NCBI GenBank assembly: GCA_964016885.1
Contig: OZ024742.1
Location: forward strand, 99,634,001-99,698,000
Direction: 5' to 3'
DNA from: Eledone cirrhosa
Taxonomy: Eukaryota
DNA: 64,000 nucleotides
The notes beneath the pieces were generated by a model. It was not told the origin of the DNA. It ran no database searches and was given only the letters and a program-made list of their open reading frames with translations. The position numbers were made by a program, and so were the translations under genes. Below are positions 42,440-58,397 of the stretch, piece by piece; the first letter of the stretch is position 1, and each line of letters starts with the position of its first letter.

Positions 42440-42690
42440 TTTTTTCTGTCTCTAGACTACGCCCATGCTGGAGCATCAGCTTAGTAAGTTATGGGGTCGT
42501 CAACAAACCAAAAAGAATTGGTAGGAGGGCAAACACAAACGCAAAGACACACACAGACATATATACATATATACGACGAGCTTCTTTTAGTTTCGATCTA
42601 ACAAATCCACTCACAGGGCTTTGGTCGGCTGGGGCAGTGGGACTGAACCTGGAAATATGTGGTTGGGAAACAAGCTTCTTGTCACAGTGC
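42440..42690 (-). mobile_element. Older tRNA-derived SINE of a second family, degenerate
   Basis: Minus strand AGAAGCTTGTTTCCCAACCAC...GGTTCAGTCCCACTGC tRNA-like head; similar remnants near 10230, 13320, 16370. Confidence 0.6.
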
Positions 42691-42708
42691 ATATATATAT
42701 GTGGATAC

Positions 42709-42746
<38 letters not shown>

Positions 42747-42893
42747 CCTTACACACTTAAATATAAATGCATGTATATATATAGAAATGTATAAATGCAT
42801 AGCTATATACATACGTAATTGTATGTAAGTATATATGTATGTATGTAGATTTATATATATATATATATGTATGTATGTATGTAGATTTATATG

Positions 42894-42925
<32 letters not shown>

Positions 42926-43021
42926 AATATATGAAAGTATGTAGATTTATATATATATATATATATATGTATTATGTATATTTATATATATATGTATGTA
43001 GATTTATATATATATATATAT

Positions 43022-43645
43022 AACACCCTCCCCCCGCACGACCGCTCCCCACTCTACCTTTCATATCTACCCATCCTCTCCCCTGTCGACCGCACCTCCG
43101 CACACACTGGCACACCGACTTTCTCCACCTGCCATTCTCCCCTACTGCTGCTATGCCCTGACTTTCTGACCACCTCTCCGCACGCACAGACACACAACCC
43201 TCCTCCTGCCTTGACTCTCTGACCACTTCCTGTTGCGCGCACACCCCACATCTCCCCCTCTTCCGACAAACCCAACCACGGATTACACACATTGGACATC
43301 GCTCCCACGAATCAACTCCATCACTAGGAAAATATCCGACCACCCACCACACCCTCTACGGAACGACCTTAGGAACTTACCCACGGACATACACTCACAA
43401 ACATTTTTTTTCCCACACGCCACCGACATCCACAATACGTATAAAAACCACACACACGTGCGTACACCCACATATTTACACACTCAGCCTCCGGAATCCT
43501 ACACACTCCCCTACACACCCTTGGAACTCTCTTCCCACACACTTTTCGCCTGAAGAAGGGCTTATGCCCGAAACGTCCCCCCCCCCCCCCCACTCTCAAG
43601 AGCGTGAAACTAATAAACCTTTGTTCGTACTGCCTCTCTGTTTTG
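43022..43645 (+). mobile_element. Truncated copy of the 25.7-27.5 kb element with hammerhead core at 43550-43577
   Basis: CTGAAGA-A-GGGC ttat GCCC-GAAA-CG-TC; sequence similarity to the reverse complement of 25720-26640. Confidence 0.7.
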
Positions 43646-43660
43646 TTCCCGTTTCTTTTT

Positions 43661-43720
<60 letters not shown>

Positions 43721-44544
43721 TATAAATCTACATACATACATATATACATACATTTACGTATGTATATAGCTACGCAGTTATACATTTGTATATATACATG
43801 CACTTATATTTAAGTGTAAGGATGTTGATATGATCTATGTCTTCTTTTTTTGGTAAGGAGAACATTTTTGTCGCCAGATTTTATTAACAACGGAGTTTAA
43901 ATACCACACTTCTGGCTGAAAGCTGGCCAGGTTCTCACCTTCATCAAATACTAACGCCGGCCTATCTGTGTATATATATATGTGTGTGTGTATGTATGTG
44001 TATATATGTGTGTGTGTATGTATGTATGTATGTATGTGTATGTATGTTCACCACCACTGCTTCTTCTTATCATTTCTGTTGAAGTAGTCCTTACTTTCAT
44101 AATTTTTTGATTTCTTTCGATTTCCTTTTATCTCCCTAGGGAATTCGTTGACAAGCTTCTTTAATTTATTTTCTTTGTTTTCTTCATTCAAATCACTGAC
44201 TGTCTAAGAGACGTACCAATATGACTTATAAAACTTACCAAACTAAAATGGCTTCTAGCGCCCTCAAAGTTTCAAGCGCCCCCTTACTGCATAACCCCCC
44301 CCCCTAACGTCCTCTTACTGCATAACGCCCCCTAACGCCCTCTTACTACATAACGCCCCCTGGGGCTACGAAACGCCCCCTACACCCACCCCGGGGAGGG
44401 TACTATGCCCCCGTTGAAAACCTTTAGTTTAGATGAGGATAGACATGTCGATAGAGAGGTGTGTTGGAGTTAAGGTTTGAATTTAAAATATAATTAAGAT
44501 TAGAATTACGATTAGTATAATTACCGTGAACTTATTATATATAT

Positions 44545-45640
<1,096 letters not shown>

Positions 45641-45774
45641 TAGGAGAGGAATGACTATGTATATGTTATATAGATGTGTGTGTGTGTAAAATGTAAACAG
45701 AAATAACAACATAATCGTTACAGTATATGGAAGGAATATATTAGTTTAACGCTTGAAGTAGCAGGAAGAAGTGT

Positions 45775-45812
45775 TTGACGTTTCGGACACTAATTCTTCA
45801 TCAGAAGAAAGA
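45775..45812 (-). ncRNA. Decayed minimal hammerhead
   Basis: Minus strand CTGATGA-AGAATTAGTGTCC-GAAA-CG-TC; downstream tail also present at 49158-49256. Confidence 0.5.
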
Positions 45813-45989
45813 ATGAGAAATTAGAAAGATTGACGGGATGGGCAGGGCGGAATCGGAAAAATATTTTTAGAGAAATTAACATGTCCATTTATGTTGCCAT
45901 CTCTTATATATATATATATATATATATATAACGGCGATGAATTAGTTTTGCGAGGTTTTTTTATATGAAATCGTGTGTCGAAACAAATA

Positions 45990-46753
45990 TTGTTGTACTT
46001 GGGGAGGGTCATATTTGTGTAATATTGCCAGAATTAATAACAGAACACACGCCAGACAATAACACGACGGTAACATAGACAACATAGAAATTAGAATAAT
46101 ATCTAAACATAGAAATGACCCAGCAGATAGGCAAATCAGAGAGGCCATAATAGAACTTAGAAGGCCAAGACTAAACAGAAAGAATGAATGGAATAACAAC
46201 AACACCCAAACAAACAACACTGACCTAAGAGAAAGATAAATAAATAAATAAATAGATAAATAAATAAATAAATACATACACAAGCACAATAACAACAAAC
46301 ACATATAAACACACACTAGTAAAGATAGAATACATAGAATACATAGAATACAATCACGAACACACATCAAACAAAACACTATACACACACGCAAACGCAT
46401 GCGCAAAGAAGACAAAATAAAATAAACAAACAAACAAATAAATAAATAAATATATAGACAGACTAAATAAAAATGGCGTAGACATACAATGTAACGGGAG
46501 GAAACAATAGCACCACTGACGATGTTGCAGATGTGCAACGAAAGAACTTTGATAAACTATATATATGTGTTTGTGTCTATATTGTATCTCTATTATTTTT
46601 GACCGTCGGTCAGTCAATGGCAACATTGAGGACCGAATATATTAGATTACCGATATAAAAGACACAAAAGCGAAAAGCGAAAACCAACCAAACAGTGAGT
46701 GTGTTCTGTTATTAATTCTGGCAATATTACACTAATATGACCCTCCCCAAGTA

Positions 46754-46757
<4 letters not shown>
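45990..46757 (+). mobile_element. PLE 3' end: GIY-YIG C-terminus, hammerhead (46507-46560), terminal segment duplicated inverted at the 5' end
   Basis: HDGNIDNIEIRIISKHRNDPADRQIREAIIELRRPRLNRKNEW; ACCA-CTGACGA-T-GTTGCA gatg TGCAAC-GAAA-GAAC-TT-TGAT; 45992-46050 is inverted to 46700-46757. Confidence 0.85.
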
Positions 46758-46826
<69 letters not shown>

Positions 46827-47439
46827 ATTGGACCATAGTTTATCGTAGGTTCTCTGATGGAGATTCTAGGCCAGCCTCATCTTAGAATCTACAAGTGAAA
46901 TAGAGTATTTATATGATAAATTCTTTGGCATTCCCGTTCTGTATATAAACTCACAGACAATAAACTTTTAGGTTAATATCTTCTGCAATCAGCAATATTA
47001 CACATGAGTTATATCGATAAACAGTCTCCTCCACCAACGTAGAAACTTTCAGGCTGAATCCTTAAAGTTGAGTATGAAGTAGCTGTTTATGTTTATTAAG
47101 ATTTTATAATCACTGACAGACAGTCACGCTTATGCCTTTCTTCTACACAGTACCCATCTTTGAAACCATTTAAATGACATTCAGTTCCATGTACTTATGG
47201 GAACAGTTATAATGAAATAAACTGCAAAATTCCCATTAGAACTAATTAATTAATTGAAGATTTGCTTCACTTGAGAAGGAATAGGTTACAGTAATCAGAA
47301 ATGGAATTTAACTGCTGTCATAAATACAAGATAGCGGAAAAGAACAGATTAGAATAAAGGTCCGGCCAAAAATATAATATCTATCTACAATCGGCGCCTC
47401 TGCCATAGCGACAAGCAAATGCGTAAACAAATAAATAGA

Positions 47440-47474
<35 letters not shown>

Positions 47475-47810
47475 ATAGAAATTTGAAATATTTAGGCATA
47501 TACAAAAAAAAAACTATGAACGATGACAAAAGATGATTATAAAGTTATAATCATGGTCAAAATCTTTCATCGAAATGAAATGAAAAAAAATTACGTTGGA
47601 AATAAAGTAAAAAAAAAAGTGGGAATGCATTTATCCTGTCTCATTATAACCTTTTAGCTATCAAAATATCTTTACACACTTAGATATCTGCCTGATAATA
47701 AAGTTTGCAATTTTAATGCGTAAACTGACTATATATATTTATATATATATTCATACAGGCAAACATACACACACATACGCACATGCGTATAATATATACA
47801 CATACACACG

Positions 47811-47861
<51 letters not shown>

Positions 47862-48313
47862 TTATATATATATATATATACATATATACATTTATATATA
47901 AATGCATACATATATGTGAGTATATGTGTGTGTTTGTGTGTGAATGTATATAACTTTGCCATTAACAAATTAAATCTAAAAATATAGTGGTGCGGCGATG
48001 GAAGATCGTATACAGCAGAAAGATTGGTAATGAATTCAACTTGGTTCAAAACATTTAGTTTACAGAAAACAAAATGCTCGGAATTAAAGGTGATAGAATT
48101 GTGCAGCGAATGAAGTTTATTACAGCAGCACAAACTATGAACTATAGTCTCACACACTACAACAGTGCTTAACCAAACTCATTAGTTTATATCCCTACCA
48201 TATTACAGGAACTGACAAAGGAGGACATTTTAAAATATTGATTTAACATTAACGTTTTAGGTTCAAATGTCAATAATAGTATAAGTGCATAAATATTTCA
48301 TTCAATTATAAAC

Positions 48314-48527
48314 AATAATGGTTTCTTATATAGGTACAAGTAATTTGGGGGAGGGGAAAGTCGATTAAATCGACCCCGGTACGTTACTGCTACTTTATTT
48401 TTCGACCTCATAAGGATGAAAGGCAAAATTAAACTCCGCGAGTTTTGAACTCAGAACATAAAGGGCCATAACTCTATGCCGCGAAGCATGGTATCCGACA
48501 CTCTGCTGATTCTGCCAAGTCACCGCT
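48314..48527 (-). mobile_element. tRNA-derived SINE
   Basis: Reverse complement of the SINE consensus. Confidence 0.82.
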
Positions 48528-48819
48528 CAACAATAATGAATGAACACATATCGTTGCTACAACCAAATATAGTCTGTCTATGGCGGACAAATACAGGTAC
48601 TTGGATCAAATAAACTTGTTCAGTATAAACTACTAGGATGAAATAAACTTATTCAGTATGAGATACAAATGTAAATATACATTCCAAGATGCTACGGAAA
48701 ACCTCAATTTTATTATTGTGCATTATCGTAAATTGCAGATCATCCGAGGTTCTGAGTACTTCTGATCATAGCGAAACTATTGTAAAGAACATCCCCTATT
48801 TTCATTATGATGATAAATT

Positions 48820-48890
<71 letters not shown>

Positions 48891-48896
48891 ATGTGT

Positions 48897-48944
<48 letters not shown>

Positions 48945-48945
<1 letters not shown>

Positions 48946-49131
48946 CGTCCAGGGTTCGATTAGAGGTAACCACACAAAGGATGGTACTCAATACATTAGT
49001 AGAGTGTATACAATAGATTTAATACAGAAATGGTTTATACAGCATTAGAAGTGTTTCATTCGAAGGAAATCAGCAGAAAAGCGTGATGATTTCCTTGAAT
49101 GAAATAGTTCTATTCCTGTAGAAGCGATTTC
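48945..49131. repeat. Imperfect fold-back element with hammerhead-like cores
   Basis: 49026-49077 is inverted to 49083-49131; (C/G)TG(A/C)TGA-TTTC...GAAT-GAAA; relatives at 37080-37170, 38350-38432, 49765-49858. Confidence 0.55.
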
Positions 49132-49280
49132 TATATCAAATCTGTTATATATATATGAAACACTCTTCCTGCTATTTCAAGCGTTAACCTAATATATTCC
49201 TTCCATATACTGTACCGCTTGTGTTGATGTTATTACTGTTTACCTTTTAGATACATTATATATATATATATATATATATA

Positions 49281-49313
49281 TTCGTGAGTTTTATATCGAA
49301 TAATAATAATAAT

Positions 49314-49354
<41 letters not shown>

Positions 49355-49545
49355 CTCTACGGTTCTTATATATCTGATATATATTTATCCTTATCAAGCC
49401 CTCTTTGGATTTTAGTCTTCAAATTTATTATTATTACTATATATATATATATATATATATATAGTAATAATAATAAATTTGAAGACTGAAATCCAAAGAG
49501 GGCTTGATAAGGATAAATATATATCAGATATATGAGAACCGTAGA

Positions 49546-49586
<41 letters not shown>

Positions 49587-49616
49587 ATTATTATTATTAT
49601 TCGATATAAAACTCAC

Positions 49617-49619
<3 letters not shown>
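49281..49619. repeat. Palindrome of about 340 bp centred on a (TA)n tract
   Basis: TTCGTGAGTTTTATATCGAA...TTCGATATAAAACTCACGAA, with the inner 90-bp block also mirrored. Confidence 0.88.
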
Positions 49620-49655
<36 letters not shown>

Positions 49656-49696
49656 ACCAGTCAGAGATTAGCTTTAAACTATCTCTGTTATTGTAT

Positions 49697-49766
<70 letters not shown>

Positions 49767-49858
49767 AATGGCTTCTACAGGACTAGAACTGTTTCATTCG
49801 GGAGAAATCATCATTAACTTTTCTTACTGTGGTTACCCCCGATTGAACCCGGGATAAA

Positions 49859-49900
<42 letters not shown>

Positions 49901-49916
49901 TATATACATACATATA

Positions 49917-50002
<86 letters not shown>

Positions 50003-50055
50003 TATACATATATATATATATACATATACATATATATATATATATATAAATATAT

Positions 50056-50140
<85 letters not shown>

Positions 50141-50190
50141 CATATATATATACATATATATATATAATATATACATATATATATATATAC

Positions 50191-50295
<105 letters not shown>

Positions 50296-50680
50296 CCCAT
50301 ACGTCTGTCTATTTAATCAGATGACTGTAATACAAATTGATGGTTCCAAAGTCAAAGAACTGTTGGAAAAGAACACTTTAGTATTAACAAACATATCGCT
50401 GAGTAATCAGATAGACAGGTAGATGCATAGAGAGACGGGTATATATACAAAACAGTTCGATAGATATGGAAACAGATAGACATATACACAAACATTTATA
50501 GAATCACGCAGTTATTGGAAGATTAATGGAATGACTTCAAATATATCCAGCATCACTGCAGACATGGAAGATTTTGATGGCCTAAGAGATAAGAAATGAT
50601 TCCCATAGACATTATGCAAATTGTTTTAAATACATATATACATGCATACATGCATACATGCATACATATATGTGTGCGTA

Positions 50681-50722
<42 letters not shown>

Positions 50723-51238
50723 CGTACATGTATGTATTTATGTGTGTATATATTTATATGTGTGTATGTATATTCGTGTGTGTGTGTGTGTGTGGCGAAA
50801 TTGTGTGTGTAAATATGAATTTTGAAGTATCATCAATAACTTACAACACAAATGAAACATGGCAATTTAACTGACGTCAATATTAATGTATCTAGTGTTT
50901 GTCTGAGTTCAACTTAAAAGACTAAGATGTTATACAAGTGCTTTTATCAGTATGACAGTTGTCAACATCATGATATAATTAACAGTAAGCAAATCGTGAC
51001 GGATTAAACTGCCAAATTTTGATAGAGCTGTAAAGTTTTCGTAATTAATTTTACTTTTATATCAAGTTACGTGATAAATTATCAAACAAAAAGACCATGT
51101 AGGTATTTATGTATGCATGTATTTATGTATGTATGTATGGATGTATGTATCTATGTATGCATTTATGTATGTATGTGTGTATGAATATATGTGTGTGCGT
51201 GCATGTTTATTTATGTATGTAATACGGAGGTATGTATG

Positions 51239-51272
<34 letters not shown>

Positions 51273-51670
51273 CGTGTGTGTCTGTGTGGTTATGTGTACA
51301 TGTATGTACGTATGTACGTGCATATGTGTATGCGCATGCATTACTTTATGTACACATTTCTTTGTTTATATATGTATAAATGTATAATGTATTCGTTTTC
51401 AAACTTACATGACTTATGTTCTATTAGTTTAAATTTTAACTGGCCAATAGTTCATTTGAAAAGTTTAAAAAAATCTATAATAAAAAGAAATTATGTTCTC
51501 TTAAAACATATCAGGTTCATACTTCTTTCTATTTTCCAAGACACCTTCAAACATTTAACAAATATGTTCTTGTTAATTATCACTATCTATAACATCATGT
51601 TTTCAGGTCTATTCTGTCTTCGAACTTATATTATATGATCCAGCTTGGGTGGTATATATTATGTTGATAC

Positions 51671-51701
<31 letters not shown>

Positions 51702-51705
51702 GCAT

Positions 51706-52872
51706 ATAATATAAGATCAAAAGATGGTTAAAGGAGTTCCATGTATTTTATTATGCGCATTTCAAAAACAAACATCATCATGCAATAATATTTGTGTTTT
51801 CATCAGATAAAACAGGAGAACATGATATGAAGGCTAAAAAACACTTGTGGATAGCGCAGTTTTAAATCAACATATGAAAAGTGGTTTTAGATTGATGTGT
51901 GATATTGGGAAAAATATTTTATTTAAAGAGGGGGGGGGGAGGATGAAAAGGGGAGGAGATGAGAGGGAGAGATGGGTGATAGAGAGAAAGAGATAGTTTT
52001 TATAACTGAGAGGAGATATATTGTTTTACATAGAGAGGTTGAAAACCGTTGGAAGATAATGTATAAATTAAAAGAATTTGAAAATTAACGAAGGGAGGAT
52101 ATGTGCGAGGAAAAAATATTTTATTTAGGGAGGGGGGGGAGATGAAAAAAGGGGGAGGAGATGAGAGTGAAGGTGGAGAGGGAGAGATGGGTGATAGAGA
52201 GAAAGAGATAGTTTTTATAACTGAGAAAAAGATATATTGTTTTACATAGAGAGGTTGAGAACCGTTGGAAGATAATGTATAAATTAAAGGAATTTGAAAA
52301 TTAACGAAGGGAATTTATGTATGAAGATAGAGAGAACAAATAATAATTGTGGATGAATATTCTAACGTCAAAAAAAGTGTATGTTGATAAGTATTGTGGC
52401 AATTTCAAAATTAACGAAGAGAAAAATTATTAAGGTTTGTGTGTAGAAGGATTTGAGAAAAATAATGTGAAGTTAAAGTTTGTATATTGAAGGAATTGAT
52501 AATATATGCGAATAAAGAGTTAATATGTATTAAGAATGAGTTCGTTGATGGGGAGAAAAAAATAATAAATTAAGGATGAAATTGAGATTAAAAAGATTTA
52601 TGATAGAGAGAAAAAATAATAATGATTGCGGATGAATATTCTAACGTCAAAAAAACAAATGTATATGTTATGAAGGATTTTACAAGGTGAAGATAGAATG
52701 AGGGTAATGAGTAAACAAGTATTATAGAGTGTATAATGCCCTTTAAAGTAAGGTAGGAAGATGGGTATATTTTAAAGAGGTGTATGTATATGTGCCTTTG
52801 AGAAAAGATTCTAAATTGATAAAGAATTGAATATTAACTGTATACCTTGTGAAAAGTCCTATGGAATTTATG
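51706..52872 (-). mobile_element. Longer copy of the 41.5 kb hammerhead element (HHR 51746-51812) with internal duplications
   Basis: 51710-51865 nearly identical to 41516-41667; tandem duplication of about 200 bp at 51910-52320. Confidence 0.8.
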
Positions 52873-53959
52873 CATATATATATTTATACATATGTATATA
52901 TATATAGTAATAATAATAAATTTGAAGACTAAAATCCAAAGCGATTCTTTGCTTAAACTTTAATCTGTTATTTTAATAAATACATATATATTTGTGTGTG
53001 TTTGTGTGTATATGTGTATGTGTGTGCATGTGTGTGCATGTGTGTGTGTGTGTGTTACGTGTGTGTTTATGTATTGGTCAAACTGTTATCCAGTTCATCA
53101 CGGCCAGTCCCTCCTGCAATCTGATATTATTGCCAGCTTGTTCGTATCTGTTTTCTAGAGCGATTTCTTGCAGATACTAAAAGTATTGAGAGGTATTCCA
53201 CCTTGTAACGAGGTAGTGTTGATAACTCGGACAATGTCATCGTGCTCCTGGTTATCAACATGCTGAAGCAATTTGAGATTTTATCAGAAACAGCATTGTG
53301 GAATTGCAGCTCGGTGAAATTGTAACTCGGCTTCTGATTGTAACATGGCTAGCTAAACCGATAATCCAGTTTTATGTTGTGAATGGAAACTGAGCGGTAT
53401 CTATAATTTTGGTAACTACTCTCTCTCAGAAAGGACTGAAAGAAGGATATATATGAATGTCGAGCATACAAGGTGAATAAAATCACCGTCCATTGATTTG
53501 GTTTTCAGCTGACCAGATTGGAGCGTCCGATCTTTCAATTCTCGTTCAGTGTCCGAGCATTGTTGAATTCAGGATTTTTATCAGATACCTATCGTTGCAT
53601 GCTGGCTATAGTGAAAAAGGTTTTACTGTGGAGAATACCGAAAAACCGTCACTTTCCACTTCAGTCAAGGTTCTCATCGAATTCTTCATATACAATTTGT
53701 AGAGGTGGGTGGCGTTAGTAATGAGCAGTATATTTACTAGGCCGATAGAAAATGAAAAATGTCAATCGCCCGTTACACTACAAGTAATTGGATATTTATG
53801 GAGGTTCGTTTGTTGGACACAGTAGATTATCCATATATTGGCACTGTTACTTCATATTATTTTATAATGATGGATATTATACAAATGTTCCAGCAAAGGT
53901 GATCATGTATTTATTTTCTAAACACAGTTCTCTCCCCTTCTTCTTTTTCTTCTTCGTCT

Positions 53960-54285
53960 TACCCACCTCCTCCTTCTTCTTCTTCTTCTTCTTCTTCTTC
54001 TTCTTCTTCTTCTTCTTCTTCTTCTTCTTCTTCTTGGGACGGTCCCGGGGACAGAGTCATCAGACACTACTTCCAGTGGGTCCTGTCAGAAGCAACCCTC
54101 TCCAATTTGTCCGGTTGGATCTCCAGGCCAGACCAGGCAAGCTGATGGATGTTATCTAATCATCTTGCTTGGGTTCTACTACAGGGTCTCCTGCCTGCTG
54201 TTTTTGCTCGTAAAATCAGTCCAACGATTCTTTCCTGGAACATTCTAACCACATGCCCATAGTATCGGAGCTTGATCTCTATATG
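53960..54285 (-). mobile_element. RTE-like LINE 3' fragment with (AAG)n tail
   Basis: Minus strand RYYGHVVRMFQERIVGLILRAKTAGRRP and PKQDD*ITS region typical of an RTE C-terminus; (TTC)n at 53970-54035. Confidence 0.65.
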
Positions 54286-56574
54286 ATTTTATTTTATTTT
54301 ATCATGGCGTTAATTGTTTTCTATTATGTTCTCGTTCGTAATCATATTCTAATCAGTATTCAACTGACTGCGCCTGCTCTGACTAGGCTTTTCTTAGCAG
54401 AGGAAATGAAGCTCTTTCAACTTTTAACGTTTTTGTTTTTCACATTATCTATGCAGTTTAGTAATGGCATGTCCTGTATATTGATGTCGTTTTTGTTAGT
54501 GGTGTTTAACTCCCGATATATAAACACTGGCTGTGAAGACATAAGTTCTGATATTTTTCAATCAGGATTATCTGGTTATCTCAGGGATATTGAGAAACAC
54601 AATATCCGATATGGGAGATTTGAATGCTAGTTCTAGCAGGTAACGCCACATCATAGATGCTCTATCTGTGGTTGTTTTGTTTTGTGTTTTAACTTTTCTA
54701 TATATTGTGCATCTGTTTTAGTCCCATGTTTCGATAATAATTTTTGTACAATTCTTTTAAATAATTTGCAAGTCAACGTTTTAGAAAGACTGATTCTTAT
54801 TTCAGACTCCATATTTTGGTTATCTCTCGTTCTAGATATTTACATATGTTTTTCTTTTACACCTTTAATTGTTTCAATCATAAACTACGACAATGATGGT
54901 ATTTGGAGAATTACTCCATTTTCTTAAGAGATACATTATCGTCTATTGGAACTAGTATTCGGCGATACAGCACCCTTTTTCCTGATAGTCTTTGGAAATC
55001 ATGTCCGGTTCATCAGCTTTAATACCACTGTATATATGGATTCACCTACACCGATGTATGATCATGGGAATTTTTCTAGTGAAGTTTATTCAATCTCGCA
55101 AGTGACGTTATTTCCTTACTAGTATTATCTACTAACAATATACTCCCATTTTGTGGAGGGAATCAGTTGTAAGACTTCGGACAAGAATGAAACAATTTTA
55201 GAGCATTTCCCCCACATTTTATGACTTGAATTTAAATTAATAAATTTAGAACGATTTTATGAAATTATAGCAGGCATGTCTGATAGACGGACAATACACT
55301 CTTGTACTATCATTAAAATATAGATTATTGTTTTTTTTTTGTTTTTGTTTTTTTTTCTACTTATGTTTGATAATATTGTCCGGGAAAACTCGTTTCGGCC
55401 GGTTTCAGCTTTGTTTCTCATCAATTACATTATTTCCTGTATTAATGTACACAATATCGGTTTGGCGATTGACATGAGAAATTACAACGTTCAGTTTTAG
55501 AAAGGTACAAGCTTCATATACCATATACTGTCCTAATTCATATAAACATCCCTTCTTGCACTTCGCTATCAGATAGAAAGTTAGTTTGTGTATAGCATGA
55601 AGGGTCCACTTTTAATTGAACTTTAATAACTTTTCTTGTTAACTAGGAATACACTTAAGTAAATAATATTGATAATGTATCATGATAAATGAATTCTATA
55701 CGCGAAGAACGTTTTAGTAATTTTCTTCCAAATAAAGTTCTTTAAACAAATGGATACATTTCTTTCTTTCTTTCTTTCTTTTCCTTCTTCTTCTTCTTCT
55801 TCTTCTTCTTCTTCTTCTTCTTCTTCTTCTTCTTCTTCTTCTTTTTTCTTCTTCTTTTTTCTTCTCACTCTCCCCCTTTTTCCCTTCTGCTTCTCCTCCC
55901 CCTTCTGTTCATATTCTCTTCCTTTTCCAGTTTATCTCTTCTCCAATTTCGTCCAATACTTCCCCTACTACACAGCAAACGACTGATTATAATTTGCTTT
56001 TCTACGTTAACTAGACGCCATCTTTAATATTTGAAATAATTACCATATATTCGAAGTGTAGCTTTTAATTCATGAGTTCTTTCTTTAAACTTTCTCATAC
56101 ACACACATAAATATTCATACACAAATCACACAGAGACACATACTCACTCACATGCAATATATATATATATAACTATACGCATATAAGTGTGTGCAGATAC
56201 ATACATACATACATACATACATACATACATACATACATACATACATACATACATACATACATACATACATACATACATACATACATTCTTTACAATTACG
56301 CATATTTCCGAAATCAGGTACCTGCAATTGAATTAAAAATTCTAATTCCATTTCATACTGTCTACTTACAGATTCATTAGATTTGCAATCCAATATATTA
56401 TTATTTGAATTATATTATGTTATGAATTTACTTATTAATCAAAGCGCCATTTAAATTCAATAATGCTTATATACAACCTTTCTTTCTCTCTCTGTTTTTC
56501 TCATTTTCTTTTTGAAATTTGAGAAAATTAAATGAAGATGCCTTATCTTGTGAATTATATGTGTTCATGTTGTG

Positions 56575-56674
<100 letters not shown>

Positions 56675-56675
56675 G

Positions 56676-56717
<42 letters not shown>

Positions 56718-57529
56718 CGTGTGTGTTGTGTATGTATGTATGTATATTCATTAGCTATGAACTAATAATAACGTAATAGTAATGTCATGGTTTTCAGAAG
56801 AATTAGTCCTCAAACACATGCACACAAACACATATCAACAAATGTATATTCACTCACACATTCACACACAGTGGTGATTTGGTAGAGATGTTAGAGCGTA
56901 GGCCAACAACTTATTGAGGAATTTGTTTCGACTTACTTTCAACTGAATTCAAATCTTACCGAGGACAAATTTGCCTTGTATTTTCTCACTATCGATAAAA
57001 TAAATTACGTCTAGAGAAGTGAATTGGCGAAACTGTTAGAGCTTTACACCAGATACTTTTCGCTAGTCGTTCGTTTTTGTCTCAGTTCTCAGTTCCTGCT
57101 TATATACCACATTTATGAAATAGATTTACATCTCAACATATCGATAGATGCTTCGTTACAAACATTTGGTCAGGCCTCTACTTTCAGGATACAAGTCTAC
57201 AACGCCTTGGAAAGGAAAATGAACGCTGAGTTCCCTTTTTTGACAACACAGAAAATACGCACACATGTAGGTGGGTCCGTATGTGCGCATCCCGGTGTAT
57301 GTGTGTGTGAGTTTGTCCGTTTTTGTGTCAAACATGTTTCATTAATAAAAATTATTTCCAGCTGCTTTATGAGCGAGAACCTGCCAGACTCAACGCAACA
57401 ATCTAGAATGAGATCAGTTGTATAATAAGAATATAAATTATTCTCAGCTAAGGTACTAAGCAGACTTTCCTTCTGTTTTTAACAACAAAGCTAGGGATAC
57501 ATATGCATATATATATATATATATGAGTT

Positions 57530-58372
57530 TGTATACGTACATACATATATGTATACAGACGTACAGTAGTATGTATATACATACATACATGCACACATAT
57601 ATATATATATATATATATATACGTATGGGTTTACCGGACATTTATCATAATGCCCGGTTTGTTTGTAAACAAACAGCCCGAATATTAGCCGTACAGTGTT
57701 CGGCAACCATCGTTGCCATTTTGTTCAACACTGACAAAGGAACGATGAACTAGTTTCTAGCTTATTAGCTGTCATCAGAACCGTATACCTTCCTGTCAGT
57801 TGATTGAACGTTTGAAAGTATATACTTTCCTTATGCATATTAACGGCTAAGCAGCCTAATTTGCATATCGAGTGAGTTAGTCGGCCGGGCGCACCGAAAA
57901 CGATAAATGGAAAAAAATGAAATTCCATTTCTCACTCTTAGTACGGCTGATACTTAAATATAATTATGTATACGTACATACATAAATGTATACAGACGTA
58001 CAGTAGTATGTATATACATGAATACATGCACTTTCAAACGTTCAATCAACTGACAGGAAGGTATACGGTGCTGATGACAGCTAATAAGCTAGAAACTAGT
58101 TCATCGTTGCTTTGTCAGTGTTGAACAAAATGGCAACGATGGTTGGCGAACACTGTACGGCTAATAATTCAGGCAAATTTACAAACAAACCGAGCATTAT
58201 AATAAATGTTCGGTAAACACATACGTACATATATATATATATATGTGTGCATGTATGTATGTATATACATACTACTGTACGTCTGTATACATATATGTAT
58301 CTACGTATACATACTTACATTTAAGTATAAGCCGTACTAAGAGTGAGAAATGAAATTACATTATTTCCATTT
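57530..58372. mobile_element. Compound inverted/direct-repeat element with two hammerheads (58065-58107 +, 57742-57784 -)
   Basis: ACGGTG-CTGATGA-CAGCT aata AGCTA-GAAA-CTAG-TT-CATCGT; 57530-57818 inverted to 58031-58310; 57905-58030 inverted to 58247-58372. Confidence 0.88.
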
Positions 58373-58397
58373 ATATATATATATATGGATACATATA

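Larger units (their letters stand above)
40615..44426. mobile_element. Non-autonomous hAT (Charlie/Buster-type) element expanded by nested insertions
   Basis: Ends CAAAGGTTCTCAAC and GTTGAAAACCTTTA; identical 8-bp TSD GTTTAGAT at 40607-40614 and 44427-44434; subterminal AACGCCCC repeats at both ends. Confidence 0.8.

Noticed and set aside
53060-53730. Coding-like minus-strand stretch, possibly a PLE N-terminal region or host exon
   Set aside because: Multiple stops and no diagnostic motif recognised
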